Shown: in pieces, positions 1-9,404 of the stretch
How the letters are laid out: the number at the start of each line of letters is the position of its first letter
How positions within the stretch are numbered: position 1 is the stretch's first letter
Origin: Candidatus Sumerlaeaceae bacterium
GTDB taxonomy: Bacteria > Sumerlaeota > Sumerlaeia > Sumerlaeales > Sumerlaeaceae
Assembly (NCBI GenBank): GCA_051003195.1
Contig: JBPCLP010000021.1
Coordinates: 1-64,000, forward strand
Direction: 5' to 3'
DNA length: 64,000 bases
The notes under the pieces: model-generated
The model's input: only the letters and a program-made list of their open reading frames with translations
Database searches by the model: none
What the model was told of the DNA's origin: nothing
Position numbers and translations under genes: made by a program

Positions 1-704
1 GCAAGCCATGCTCCATTGCTATACGCTACTGAGGGAAGTGTATTTACCTGTCTGGCGCTTGTACCCGCCGTTCCATTTACAAGCCTAGGTTCTGACCACG
101 TCATTGCATTGTCTTTTGAAACAGCGCACAATACACTTTTCCCGCCGGGGACTCCGCTCAACAGACGTTCGCTATACCAAATTGCCATCCAACTTCCCAG
201 CCCATCGGTCGCTGACTTTGGGCCGCCGTCGACACTAAAGCCATCGCTAGCAAATGAACTCGATAGTAGTTGCGGTCCTGACCATGTCGTACCATGATTC
301 GTCGAACGAGAAAAAACAATGTCAGAGTCACCGCCTCCGCCGGGAAACTTCTCGGAACTCCAGATCATAACTGAAACAAAGGATCCAGACGTTATTGATG
401 CTGATACATGAGGCGAAAAGTCGCCTCCTGGATTTGCCGCCCAAGAATCAGACGGAAACTTTGTCGGTGCTGACCACGAAACCCCATCGTCCAGCGATTT
501 GCTCGAATAAAGCTTATATCCTGAGCCATTGTTAGTGATCCAGCCAACCATACAGTAGGCATCCGACGTGGCGGCTAGGGTTGGCGACATGTAATTGACG
601 TTGGCGGTATAGACGTTTAATTGAAGTGGAGTAGGGGTCGACCATTGAGCTTCGATCCTAGCGGTAATGACGCATGCAAATGAGAGGCATAAGGCAAGTT
701 TCAT
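1..704 (-). CDS. Secreted BNR/Asp-box repeat (sialidase-like beta-propeller) protein, 3' end outside window
   Basis: Absent from the ORF track because it runs off the edge. Manual translation from ATG 704 gives a signal peptide MKLALCLSFACVITARIEAQW and Asp-boxes SLDDGVSW, STNHGTTW and SKDNAMTW, with the frame open to position 1. Confidence 0.8.
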   Translation of the reverse strand, partial: MKLALCLSFACVITARIEAQWSTPTPLQLNVYTANVNYMSPTLAATSDAYCMVGWITNNGSGYKLYSSKSLDDGVSWSAPTKFPSDSWAANPGGDFSPHVSASITSGSFVSVMIWSSEKFPGGGGDSDIVFSRSTNHGTTWSGPQLLSSSFASDGFSVDGGPKSATDGLGSWMAIWYSERLLSGVPGGKSVLCAVSKDNAMTWSEPRLVNGTAGTSARQVNTLPSVAYSNGAWL

Positions 705-1143
705 AAATTGCTTCGCGACCGTCATTATATGGCCAAATAAACTCACACGTCAGCTTTGTTCTGATTTGGGCTAAGACTAACCGGGGACCGTTGACGTTCC
801 CCCCAATTGTTGAGATTTCGTGTACTGTTGACGTGTTCACTAATTAATTTGCTAACCTGAGCAATACTTAGCGACAAGATCAATTGCGGGAAGGGTTTAA
901 GTAGCCGGGAATTGGGAGGCGTCGCCTTCGCACGCTCGACGCTAACCTTTCTTGCTGAAGGCCTCATCAGCATGGCACGTCGAGCAACGGCCCTCATCCG
1001 CAGTTTGCCGGCACGCACCAGTGCACATTCACCCAAAAATCTTTTTCGACTTTATTGGACTTAGCCCACCCCAAGGTGACGCCCGGGAAGTGACACGCCC
1101 CCCAAGACTCGTGTATACCTGCCCGTGTAGTAAAGCTGAACAC

Positions 1144-1157
1144 GTTCTTTGAAAACT
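1144..1157 (+). promoter_or_regulatory. boxA-like antitermination motif
   Basis: GTTCTTTGAAAACT resembles rRNA-leader boxA. It lies about 25 nt after a possible sigma70 promoter (GTGACA 1090-1095, TATACC 1114-1119). Confidence 0.4.
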
Positions 1158-1422
1158 ATTGCAGCCTGACCGCCGTGACTGACGTCGGACGGCGGGACCG
1201 GATGAAGCTTTTGTTTCGGACCGGGTAGATTTTTTGCCGGGAGTCGTTTTGGGCGTAGCTTCTGCGGACAGCTTCGGCTGGGCAGCAGGAGATCCCGGCA
1301 CTTGGTTTCTGCGCCCAATCAGCGTGGCATTTTACGTCTTTGCTCCTAGCGGAAAAAGCTGCCTATCGCGCAAGGAAGCGGGAAATCCACGGCCCCGGCG
1401 AATCCTTACGCGAGGATTACCG

Positions 1423-1533
1423 TTTTTCAAGTGGCGAAATTACCTATTTTCACCAACTTGATTTATCTGCAAGCCTTTCAAGCTTCTACACGCAAACTTG
1501 AAAACCAACTTGAAAAACTTGAAAACTTGAAAA
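1423..1533. repeat. ACTTGAAAA short repeat cluster
   Basis: Direct copies start at 1496, 1508, 1517 and 1525, and an inverted copy TTTTCAAGT lies at 1424-1432. Confidence 0.7.
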
Positions 1534-1585
1534 GGCCCTAAACCGCAGTCCCCCGCGCCCTCCGACTCTCGCATCATTCCAGCAT

Positions 1586-1611
1586 ATTCGTGTGCATTCG
1601 TGCGATTCGTG
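1586..1611. repeat. ATTCGTG x3 short tandem repeat
   Basis: ATTCGTG at 1586, 1596 and 1605. Confidence 0.55.
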
Positions 1612-1707
1612 GATAAAAATCACTGCCTTACCCCCACAGAACTGATTACGAACTAACGCAGACCATAATAGCTCGACTGCAGTTCCATTTCTTTCCCCGG
1701 GGAACTT

Positions 1708-2697
1708 ATGCTCTCACTTACACCGACTCGTTGCTCAAGGCATGCGGGTTCGACGCATCTGGCGCTGCTCCTGTTCGCCCTGTTACTGGCCGGGTGCCAG
1801 CAGAAGGAATTGATCTCCCGGGTGCGCGCGCAGCAGGTGAAAGCCGGATTTTTCCCGGAGGCGACCGTCATCGGCAAATCGGTAATGGGCCGGAACATCG
1901 AGATGCTGACCCTGGGAAAGGGACCGGACTATGTCCTGATCCTTGCTTCGATCCACGGCAACGAAGCTGCGGGAACGCCGCTGGTGTTGCGGCTGGAGAA
2001 ACTGCTTCGGCGCGAACCCGCGCTGCTTGAAGGACGGCGCGTTGCGCTGATCCCGGTTTTTAACCCCGACGGCTTCATCGGCAACACGCGGACAAACGCG
2101 CGCGGTGTGGACCTGAACCGAAACTATCCCGCGGAGAACCGGGAGAACACGCCGCGCTACGGATTGAAGGGGCTGTCTGAGCCGGAGAGCCAGGCGTTTA
2201 TGGCGGTGCTGGAGAAGGAGCGGCCTGCGAGAATTGTCATGATTCACCAGCCGCTTTCAAAAGTAGACTGGGATGGCCCGGCGCAGGACCTTTCGAAACG
2301 GATGGCGGAATATTGCGAACTGCCATCCCAACGTATCGGTGCCCGTCCGGGGTCGCTTGGTTCGATGTTCGGCGTGGATTGGAAGCTGCCGATCATCACC
2401 TATGAACTGCCGAAGCGCGCCACGGGAATGGACGAAGGAATCCTGTGGCGGCGGTTCGGGGGTCCGCTGCTGGCCAGCGTTACATGGCCTGACCCCCCAC
2501 CGGCAAAACTCATCGAGGAAATCTATCAGACCCCGGCCGTAAATCCATGGGCGGTTGCGGCACCTTGGATGGCCGGCGCCGTGGGTGTCGCTGCGCTGGT
2601 TGCAATGGTTGCCTGGCTGCTGCGCCGGCGAAAGCAGAAACCGGCGCCTGTCGTTCCGGCTGAAAGTGCGGAGATGCTTAGATCCGAAACAGGTTAA
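1708..2697 (+). CDS. M14 zinc carboxypeptidase, MpaA-like, probable lipoprotein with C-terminal TM helix
   Basis: Motifs HGNE, NPDG, DLNRN, MIHQP and TYE; lipobox LLAGC; C-terminal hydrophobic helix followed by RRRKQK. Confidence 0.8.
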   Translation: MLSLTPTRCSRHAGSTHLALLLFALLLAGCQQKELISRVRAQQVKAGFFPEATVIGKSVMGRNIEMLTLGKGPDYVLILASIHGNEAAGTPLVLRLEKLLRREPALLEGRRVALIPVFNPDGFIGNTRTNARGVDLNRNYPAENRENTPRYGLKGLSEPESQAFMAVLEKERPARIVMIHQPLSKVDWDGPAQDLSKRMAEYCELPSQRIGARPGSLGSMFGVDWKLPIITYELPKRATGMDEGILWRRFGGPLLASVTWPDPPPAKLIEEIYQTPAVNPWAVAAPWMAGAVGVAALVAMVAWLLRRRKQKPAPVVPAESAEMLRSETG

Positions 2698-3235
2698 CGG
2701 TGCGGCGGTGGGGCGGGATTTCCGGGATGTCGCGGAGGAACGCTTCGCCTTTGTGTCGCGCGCGGAGGGTAACGCCATTGAAGGAGTCCTGCTTGTAGAA
2801 CAGGGTTTTGCGGTCTTTCGCGCCGGGTGGGATATCGGGCAGGTGCCACGTTTCGTCGCCGATCTCGAGGGTAACGTCGGTTAGCGGATCCTGGGTAGGG
2901 TTCATTACTAACACGCGTACGCTGCCATTGACGAGCAGAACTCCGTACGCGTAGACAAGTGATGCGGGGAAGTTGATGAACAGCATGGCAAGAATGAGCA
3001 GCATTCGGCGCGTGATTGTGCGGGTAAGCCTGGCGATCACTGAGACTGCCACCAGCCCTATAAGTACCAGCGCCAGGCAGATAAACCCGCCGTACATTGC
3101 TATTATGAGGAAGGGATCCCAGCGGGTGATGAAATATCCCGCAACTGTGAGCACGCCGAACACGTGGGGGCCGACGCCGGCGAATATTGCAAGGCGTTCG
3201 AAGCGGTTCACGAGACGGTGTTGGGTGTCTGGCAT
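2678..3235 (-). CDS. Hypothetical membrane protein
   Basis: Three hydrophobic helices followed by a beta-rich soluble domain. Confidence 0.6.
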   Translation of the reverse strand: MPDTQHRLVNRFERLAIFAGVGPHVFGVLTVAGYFITRWDPFLIIAMYGGFICLALVLIGLVAVSVIARLTRTITRRMLLILAMLFINFPASLVYAYGVLLVNGSVRVLVMNPTQDPLTDVTLEIGDETWHLPDIPPGAKDRKTLFYKQDSFNGVTLRARHKGEAFLRDIPEIPPHRRTVNLFRI

Positions 3236-3360
3236 GGAGCAATTTGTGCAGCTGTACCATTGCGCAACGCAAGCTTCGCGAGTGAAAGCGAACTAAGTGT
3301 CCCGCGCCGCAACGATTTGTGAATTGCTAAGCCCTCGCCACGGCCGGTACTTACCGTGTA

Positions 3361-4362
3361 ATGAAAACGGCGCGCTGGCCCATAGTTCTTGCCGGAGTTA
3401 TGCTTATTGCGGCGGGCTGTTTTGCGGAAGCGCCCGATCCGAACACCGCGAACACGACAAACGAGCTGCAACTGCTTACCGACCCGCATTTTGTAAACGG
3501 ATTTAATCTGCTGGGGATTCGATCCATTGAGACCGGGAGCAAAGTACACGATGTCCTGAACTATGGTAAATCGTCGGATGTACGGCCGGCGTGGCGTCTT
3601 GCACAATGGGGGACCAGCCACTCCCTCCAGGGCGCCAAAGTTGAAATTGTCCGCCCCGGTATGTTTCGATACTCGAACGTGGCCAAGTCCGTAACTGCCG
3701 ATACGGTGCACGGCGAGCTGACGCTGAGTGCGCTTGGTTCGCGTGAGTACAAAGCGCCGCGAACAGCAAACCAGGAGTGGCCGCATTTACTCGTGGAGCA
3801 GTACCTGGAACATCAGCCTCTGGTGCGCGACCTCGGCGAACTCCGGATGAAGCTGCGGGTTCGCGTGACTCAGTTTCGAGACCACATGACAAGCGAATCG
3901 ACCAATCCCGCACTGCACGCGGCACAGCTTCAGATATACCTGATGCTACAGAACACCGACCGGGCGAGCCGCAGTTACGGCGATTACCTTTGGTTCGGGC
4001 TCGCTCTGTTCGACAACCGGGAGGAGATGCCAAAGGAGACTTACCACAGGGATGGAGGTAAAGAGGACACGACTCATAAGTTTATCTATATTATGCCGTC
4101 GAGCGCGTTCCTCACCAAGAGCACGAGAGATGGTGAGTGGGCTTCCATTAACGTGGACGTGCGGCCCTACGTCGAGAAGGCGGTGGGAATCGCTCACGCG
4201 GAAGGATTTCTGCAGGGCACGCCACAGGACAAGCTGGCGGTCACCAGCCTGAACCTGGGGTGGGAACTTCCCGGCACATTCGATGTAGAGGCGACAATCA
4301 GGGAATTGGAACTCCTCGCGATCAGGCATCCGGGCGCATCAGTTCAAGCGGGGACACCGTAG
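3361..4362 (+). CDS. Secreted/lipoprotein hypothetical protein
   Basis: 333 aa ORF with a signal peptide ending IAAGC and a Trp-rich beta-type body. No family recognised. Confidence 0.7.
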   Translation: MKTARWPIVLAGVMLIAAGCFAEAPDPNTANTTNELQLLTDPHFVNGFNLLGIRSIETGSKVHDVLNYGKSSDVRPAWRLAQWGTSHSLQGAKVEIVRPGMFRYSNVAKSVTADTVHGELTLSALGSREYKAPRTANQEWPHLLVEQYLEHQPLVRDLGELRMKLRVRVTQFRDHMTSESTNPALHAAQLQIYLMLQNTDRASRSYGDYLWFGLALFDNREEMPKETYHRDGGKEDTTHKFIYIMPSSAFLTKSTRDGEWASINVDVRPYVEKAVGIAHAEGFLQGTPQDKLAVTSLNLGWELPGTFDVEATIRELELLAIRHPGASVQAGTP

Positions 4363-4688
4363 AACTCGCTGCGACACTTTTATCTGGTAACTTTTAGCCT
4401 TTGCGTGAACGTGTGCATACGACAACTTCGTCCTAACGTCAATTGATGGGTGTGAGTTCGGCCATGACTTAAACGATTCTCCTTGCCGTAAAAGACACAG
4501 CGTGAGTTTCCAGCGCGTAACGGGGTACTTCCATTCGCATGATTGGCTTTACCATCTGCAAATTGCCCGTTACTTCCGGTGATTCCACCTGGCCGTTGCC
4601 GCCATAGTCCATATGGTTCGCCGTAGCAGTGTGTTATTCCAACCTTTGTTGATTCGAATTTCTCAGGCTTACCGGGAGACGAAATATA

Positions 4689-6806
4689 ATGAACCACCTG
4701 CGCCTGTGGCAGAAGCTGACGTTGCTGGGGCTAATCCTGCTGATTCCGTTCGCGGCGGTTACGTACCAGCTGGTCGCGTCCGTAAATGAGTTGGGGATTC
4801 GCGTAGCGGAGAAGCAGTTGCAGGGCACGCATCTCGCCTCGCCGTTGCGCTCACTGATGCGGGGGATGCAGATGCACCGGGGATCTGCGTACGCGGTTGC
4901 ATTTGGCGACGCGTCACGCAAGCAGAGCCTGGAGGAGGCCAAGCGCGTTCTGAAAGATAACATTGGAGCCGTGGACGCCACCATTCAGGGCATGCCCGAG
5001 CCCTTCCCCTGCGCTAAAGACTGGGCTGCGCTTAAACCGGATATCGCGGCATTGATCGCAAGCCAGGAAGCTAAGTCTCTTGAGGAAAATTTCGCGAAAC
5101 ATACCGCGCTGATTGAGCGAATTGTGGCGTTAATTGGCCGCGTGACGGATGAGTCGGGACTGGTTCTGGCATCGGACCTGGAGTCCTATCACCTCATGTA
5201 CGTCATGATGTTCAAGGCGTTGAATATTGCGGAGCTATTGGGCAATGCCCGGTACGCGGGTTCCCACCTGCTGGCGAGCAAGGGCGACGAAGATTTTTTC
5301 CGCAAGGAACTGATCCGACTGCAGGCGCGTATTGATTTCGAGATGGTGCGATTGAGCGGGTCGCTAAAAAGAGCAATGACGCTGGATCCTTCGATGCGGC
5401 CCAAACTTGAAGAGGGTGTTTCCACAGCGGAATCGGCCGTGCAAAAGGCGACGGTAGCCATGCTGGACCTGGAATCCACCGAGACTAAAGCATCGTCAAC
5501 GGATGCGTATTATTCGGCCCTGACCTCGGCGCTGGATTCGATCTACCAGTTGCAGGATAAAGTTTCGCCGGTGCTGGACGGCCTGTTCGAGATGCGCATT
5601 GACAGACTGCATTCCCAGGTTCGCGGCACGCTGATCAAGGCGCTGCTGGGGCTTATCGTGGTGTTCGCCATTGGCTGGTACATTATATTAAATATAACGC
5701 GGCCGCTGAGTAAGGTGGTGGGTATCGCGGATCAAATCGCACAGGGCAACCTTTCGGTGGAGCTGCCGAATGAAGTTCGGCGCGATGAGGTTGGGGACTT
5801 AATAAATTCGTTCCGCCGCATGATCGAAAGCCTGCAGGAAATGGCTGGCGCTGCGGGGGAGATGGCCAGTGGAAATCTGGCGGCCGCGGTAAAACCGCAA
5901 TCCGAGAAGGACATGATGGGCAACGCGCTTCAGGCTATGACGCGGAACCTGTCGGGGCTGGTGGGCCAGGTGCAGCGTTCGGGTATCCAGGTCACATCTT
6001 CCGCCACGGAGATCGCCGCGACCGCGAAGCAACAGCAGGCAACGGCCAACGAGATTGCGGCGACGACGACTGAAATCGGCGCGACTTCAAACGAGATTTC
6101 CGCGACTTCGAAGGATCTGGTGAAGACCATGAAGGAGGTCGCGGAAGTTGCGGACGTAACAGCGGCGCTTGCCGAGGATGGGCAGACGGGGCTTGGGCGC
6201 ATGGCCGCCAGCATCGAGAATATTGAACATGCTTCGGGAGCAATCAGCGCCAAGCTGACGATCTTAAGCGAAAAGGCGGGAAGCATCAACGCCGTTGTCA
6301 CGACGATTACCAAGGTAGCGGATCAAACCAATCTGCTGTCCCTTAACGCGGCGATTGAGGCGGAGAAGGCGGGCGAGTACGGGCGCGGTTTCGCGGTGGT
6401 GGCGACGGAAATAAGGCGCCTCGCGGACCAGACTGCAGTGGCTACCTATGACATCGAGCGGATTGTGCAGGAGATGCAGTCGGCGGTTTCCGCGGGCGTC
6501 ATGGGCATGGACAAGTTCTCCGAGGAAGTCCGTCAGGGCGTTCGCGTGGTTGGGGAGGTGAGCGAGCAACTGGGGCAGATCATCACGCAGGTGCAACATC
6601 TGATCCCGCGCTTTGAACAGGTTACGGGAGGGATGCAGTCGCAATCTGAAAGCGCGCAACAGATCAGCCAGGCGCTGAGCCAGTTGAGCGAGGGAGTTCA
6701 GCAAACCGTGGAATCGCTGCGGCAATCGAACTCGGCCATTGATCACTTGAACGAAGCGGTGCGGGGCCTCCAGCAGGGGGTATCGCGCTTCACGCTGAAG
6801 GACTAA
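4689..6806 (+). CDS. wspA: Methyl-accepting chemotaxis protein, WspA-like
   Basis: Two TM helices, HAMP domains and the signalling hairpin VADQTNLLSLNAAIEAEKAGEYGRGFAVVATEIRRLA. First gene of a wsp-order operon. Confidence 0.9.
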   Translation: MNHLRLWQKLTLLGLILLIPFAAVTYQLVASVNELGIRVAEKQLQGTHLASPLRSLMRGMQMHRGSAYAVAFGDASRKQSLEEAKRVLKDNIGAVDATIQGMPEPFPCAKDWAALKPDIAALIASQEAKSLEENFAKHTALIERIVALIGRVTDESGLVLASDLESYHLMYVMMFKALNIAELLGNARYAGSHLLASKGDEDFFRKELIRLQARIDFEMVRLSGSLKRAMTLDPSMRPKLEEGVSTAESAVQKATVAMLDLESTETKASSTDAYYSALTSALDSIYQLQDKVSPVLDGLFEMRIDRLHSQVRGTLIKALLGLIVVFAIGWYIILNITRPLSKVVGIADQIAQGNLSVELPNEVRRDEVGDLINSFRRMIESLQEMAGAAGEMASGNLAAAVKPQSEKDMMGNALQAMTRNLSGLVGQVQRSGIQVTSSATEIAATAKQQQATANEIAATTTEIGATSNEISATSKDLVKTMKEVAEVADVTAALAEDGQTGLGRMAASIENIEHASGAISAKLTILSEKAGSINAVVTTITKVADQTNLLSLNAAIEAEKAGEYGRGFAVVATEIRRLADQTAVATYDIERIVQEMQSAVSAGVMGMDKFSEEVRQGVRVVGEVSEQLGQIITQVQHLIPRFEQVTGGMQSQSESAQQISQALSQLSEGVQQTVESLRQSNSAIDHLNEAVRGLQQGVSRFTLKD

Positions 6807-6808
6807 GC

Positions 6809-7270
6809 GTGGCGCTTTTCCTCACATTGCGAATTGGAACGGATTACTACGCGCTTGCGGGCGCGGACGTGGTGGAGGTTCTGCCCCTGGTGAATCTGAA
6901 ATCGTTTCCTCAGGCGCCGCTGGGCATCGCGGGGTTGTTCGACTACCGGGGCGCGACTATACCGGTGGTGGATCTGACGCTGCTGGCGATGGGCGCAAAT
7001 AGCAACGTTTCCATGACGACGCGCATTGCAGTTTTGAACTATGCGCCGGTTGGAAGTGATGGAAATTTGCTGGGAGTAATGGCGGAGGAAATGACGGACA
7101 CGTTTCACGCGGCCGCGGAGGACTTTGTGGTTACCGGAGTGGATGCGCCGCAGGCCGCCTACCTGGGACCGGTGATGAAGCGGGGCGAGCGGATTGTGCA
7201 GCGGGTGGATGTGTCGCAGCTTCTTTCACCTGAGGTGCGGGAATCGCTTTATAAGAGCTTGATGAACTAA
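6809..7270 (+). CDS. wspB: CheW-family coupling protein, WspB-like
   Basis: Motifs GLFDYRGATIPVVDL and AAYLGPV; operon position. Confidence 0.88.
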   Translation: MALFLTLRIGTDYYALAGADVVEVLPLVNLKSFPQAPLGIAGLFDYRGATIPVVDLTLLAMGANSNVSMTTRIAVLNYAPVGSDGNLLGVMAEEMTDTFHAAAEDFVVTGVDAPQAAYLGPVMKRGERIVQRVDVSQLLSPEVRESLYKSLMN

Positions 7271-7318
7271 TGGTCATGGATTTTGAACACGAAGTCGTGA
7301 TTCGGCGGCGCTGCGCCG

Positions 7319-8593
7319 ATGCCTGACCCCCGCCTTAAAAACATACTTCAGCGCACCATGGGCCTGAGTTTGCAGACGGTGGGGCAAGGGTTTATAGACC
7401 GGTCAGTAAAAAGCCGCATGTCAGCCGCCGGGGTGACGGCGGACGACGCGTATGCGGACCTGGTTGAGTCAAACCCACTGGAACTCCAGGCGCTAATTGA
7501 ATCCATCGTGGTGCCGGAAACGTGGTTCTTCCGTGATGAAGAGGCGTTCGCGGCGCTGGCCGACTGGGCCATCAACGAATGGGCGCCGACGCATCCGGAT
7601 GCAACTTTGCGAGTTCTCAGCCTGCCTTGCTCCACCGGTGAAGAGGCGTATTCCATCGCCATGTGCCTAACCCAGGCCGGGCTGGCGCTTTCTCAATTTC
7701 ACGTGACTGGGATGGACATCAGTAACCGAAACCTTGTGATCGCCAAAGCGGGTGTTTACCGGCCCAATGCGTTTCGCGGCGGGGACCAGAAGTTCCAGTC
7801 AAACTTCTTCGAGCAAACTCCGGCCGGGTTGCGGGTAAATGAAGATATTCGCGGCCGGTTAGATTTTCAACCCGGCAACGTTTTGGAGTCGCTGGACGAA
7901 TTTACATCGGGAGCGTTCGATGTGATTTTCTTCCGAAACCTGCTTATTTATTTCAACCGGGAAACCCAAACGCAGACACTGGAAAACATTGAGCGCTTGC
8001 TGGCCAAAGATGGAGTGCTGTTTGTGGGTTCGGCCGAGGCGTTCGTGGTGCAGGCGTTTGGCTGCCAGCCGCTTAGCCACTCTATGTCGTTTGGGTTTCG
8101 AAGATGCAGGCAGGCGCCGGATCCTCCGGTTGTAAAGAAGGGCCTCATAAAACCTGAGGTAAAGCCTGTGCGTGTCGTCAAAACGGCGACTGTCTCCCGG
8201 TTGTGGAACACGCCGGTTAGCACGGCGCCATCGCGCCGCCCGAAGCGGCTCCCCGTCCAGGCTGATGTCGATGATGAACTCGAATTGGCGCGGCGTTTCG
8301 CGGACAAGGGCGATTTAGCGCAGGCGCGAAAGCATTGCAAGGCCGCCATTGCCCGCTATGGCCCCTGCGTGGAATGCTACTTTCTAATGGGCCTGATTGA
8401 AGACGCGGAAAACCAGCCGGAGAAGGCCGCTGATTACTACCGAAAGGTTCTCTATCTGGAACCCAACCACAAACAAGCCCTGGAGCACATGGCGTTGATT
8501 GCCGACAGGCTGGGCGACGCGAAAAACGCGGCGCGATTGCGCACCCGGGGAGGCCGTAATATGGGCTCTGGATCAGTGGGGGGCAAAGAGTGA
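7319..8593 (+). CDS. wspC: CheR methyltransferase with C-terminal TPR, WspC-like
   Basis: Motifs VPETWFFRD, SLPCSTGEEAYSIAM and FRNLLIYF, plus a TPR tail (YRKVLYLEPNH). Confidence 0.9.
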   Translation: MPDPRLKNILQRTMGLSLQTVGQGFIDRSVKSRMSAAGVTADDAYADLVESNPLELQALIESIVVPETWFFRDEEAFAALADWAINEWAPTHPDATLRVLSLPCSTGEEAYSIAMCLTQAGLALSQFHVTGMDISNRNLVIAKAGVYRPNAFRGGDQKFQSNFFEQTPAGLRVNEDIRGRLDFQPGNVLESLDEFTSGAFDVIFFRNLLIYFNRETQTQTLENIERLLAKDGVLFVGSAEAFVVQAFGCQPLSHSMSFGFRRCRQAPDPPVVKKGLIKPEVKPVRVVKTATVSRLWNTPVSTAPSRRPKRLPVQADVDDELELARRFADKGDLAQARKHCKAAIARYGPCVECYFLMGLIEDAENQPEKAADYYRKVLYLEPNHKQALEHMALIADRLGDAKNAARLRTRGGRNMGSGSVGGKE

Positions 8594-8618
8594 TGTCCAG
8601 GGGCGCATATTGGAGTTG

Positions 8619-8695
8619 GTGGCGCGGATATTCCTGTTCGCGATGTTTGGCTTTTTCGCGCGGCAAGATTTCGCGGACAGGAATGTCCGCGCCAC
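8619..8695. repeat. REP-doublet (REPIN-like) inverted repeat
   Basis: 25-nt arms GTGGCGCGGATATTCCTGTTCGCGA (8619-8643) and TCGCGGACAGGAATGTCCGCGCCAC (8671-8695). The two mismatches would both be G-U pairs in RNA. Confidence 0.75.
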
Positions 8696-8744
8696 GGATG
8701 CGTCGATTTTGCATACGAAACGTTTGCCAATCGCCAGACACCCA

Positions 8745-9404
8745 ATGACCACCACGTCTCCAATCAACGACTGCTGGAATCGCATTGGGGTGTGGGGGGA
8801 TGGCTCGTGCCCGCTGCTGGCGACTCATATCCACTGCCGCAACTGCCCGGTGTTCATGCAATCGGCCACCCAGTTGCTGGATCGCCCCGTCCCGGCCGAA
8901 TACCTGCGCGAGCGGACCGTACAGGCAGCGATGCCGCTGGCGGCGCGCGAGAGCGGCGGCGTGAACGTGCTGATATTTCGCCTTGAAGAAGAATGGCTGG
9001 CGCTGCCGGCGCGCGTGTGCCAGGAAGTTAGCGCCAGCCTGCCGGTGCACACGATTCCCTTTCGTCGCGGCGGGTTTATCCTGGGTCTGGTGAACGTGCG
9101 GGGCGAGCTGATCATCTCCATTTCGCTGGAGCGCGTGCTCGGCGTTCCGCCGTCGGGAGGGGCGCCAGTCGCGGCGGCGCCGCGCGTGGTGATCGTCCAA
9201 AACAATAATAACCGATTCGCGTTTCCAGTGCTGGAAGTCTCGGGCATCCGCAGCGTCGCCCCGTCGGAGATTCGTGAAGTACCCGCTACGGTGGCCTGCT
9301 CGGATGCGCATTATGTCGTGGGGATTTTTGGCGAGGGCACAAAAGATGTCGGCCTGCTGGACGAAGAGCTTCTTTTCTTTTCTCTAGGAAAGGGCCTCAC
9401 ATGA
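8745..9404 (+). CDS. wspD: CheW-family protein, WspD-like
   Basis: N-terminal DCWNRIGVWGDGSCPLLATHIHCRNCPVF typical of WspD, then GLVNVRGEL. Start reassigned from 8499 to ATG 8745. Confidence 0.88.
   Translation: MTTTSPINDCWNRIGVWGDGSCPLLATHIHCRNCPVFMQSATQLLDRPVPAEYLRERTVQAAMPLAARESGGVNVLIFRLEEEWLALPARVCQEVSASLPVHTIPFRRGGFILGLVNVRGELIISISLERVLGVPPSGGAPVAAAPRVVIVQNNNNRFAFPVLEVSGIRSVAPSEIREVPATVACSDAHYVVGIFGEGTKDVGLLDEELLFFSLGKGLT

Noticed and set aside
1144..1700. rRNA operon start after boxA
   Set aside because: No 16S sequence follows.
8499..8744. N-terminal extension of wspD in the ORF track
   Set aside because: It overlaps wspC and crosses the REP hairpin; WspD similarity begins at ATG 8745.
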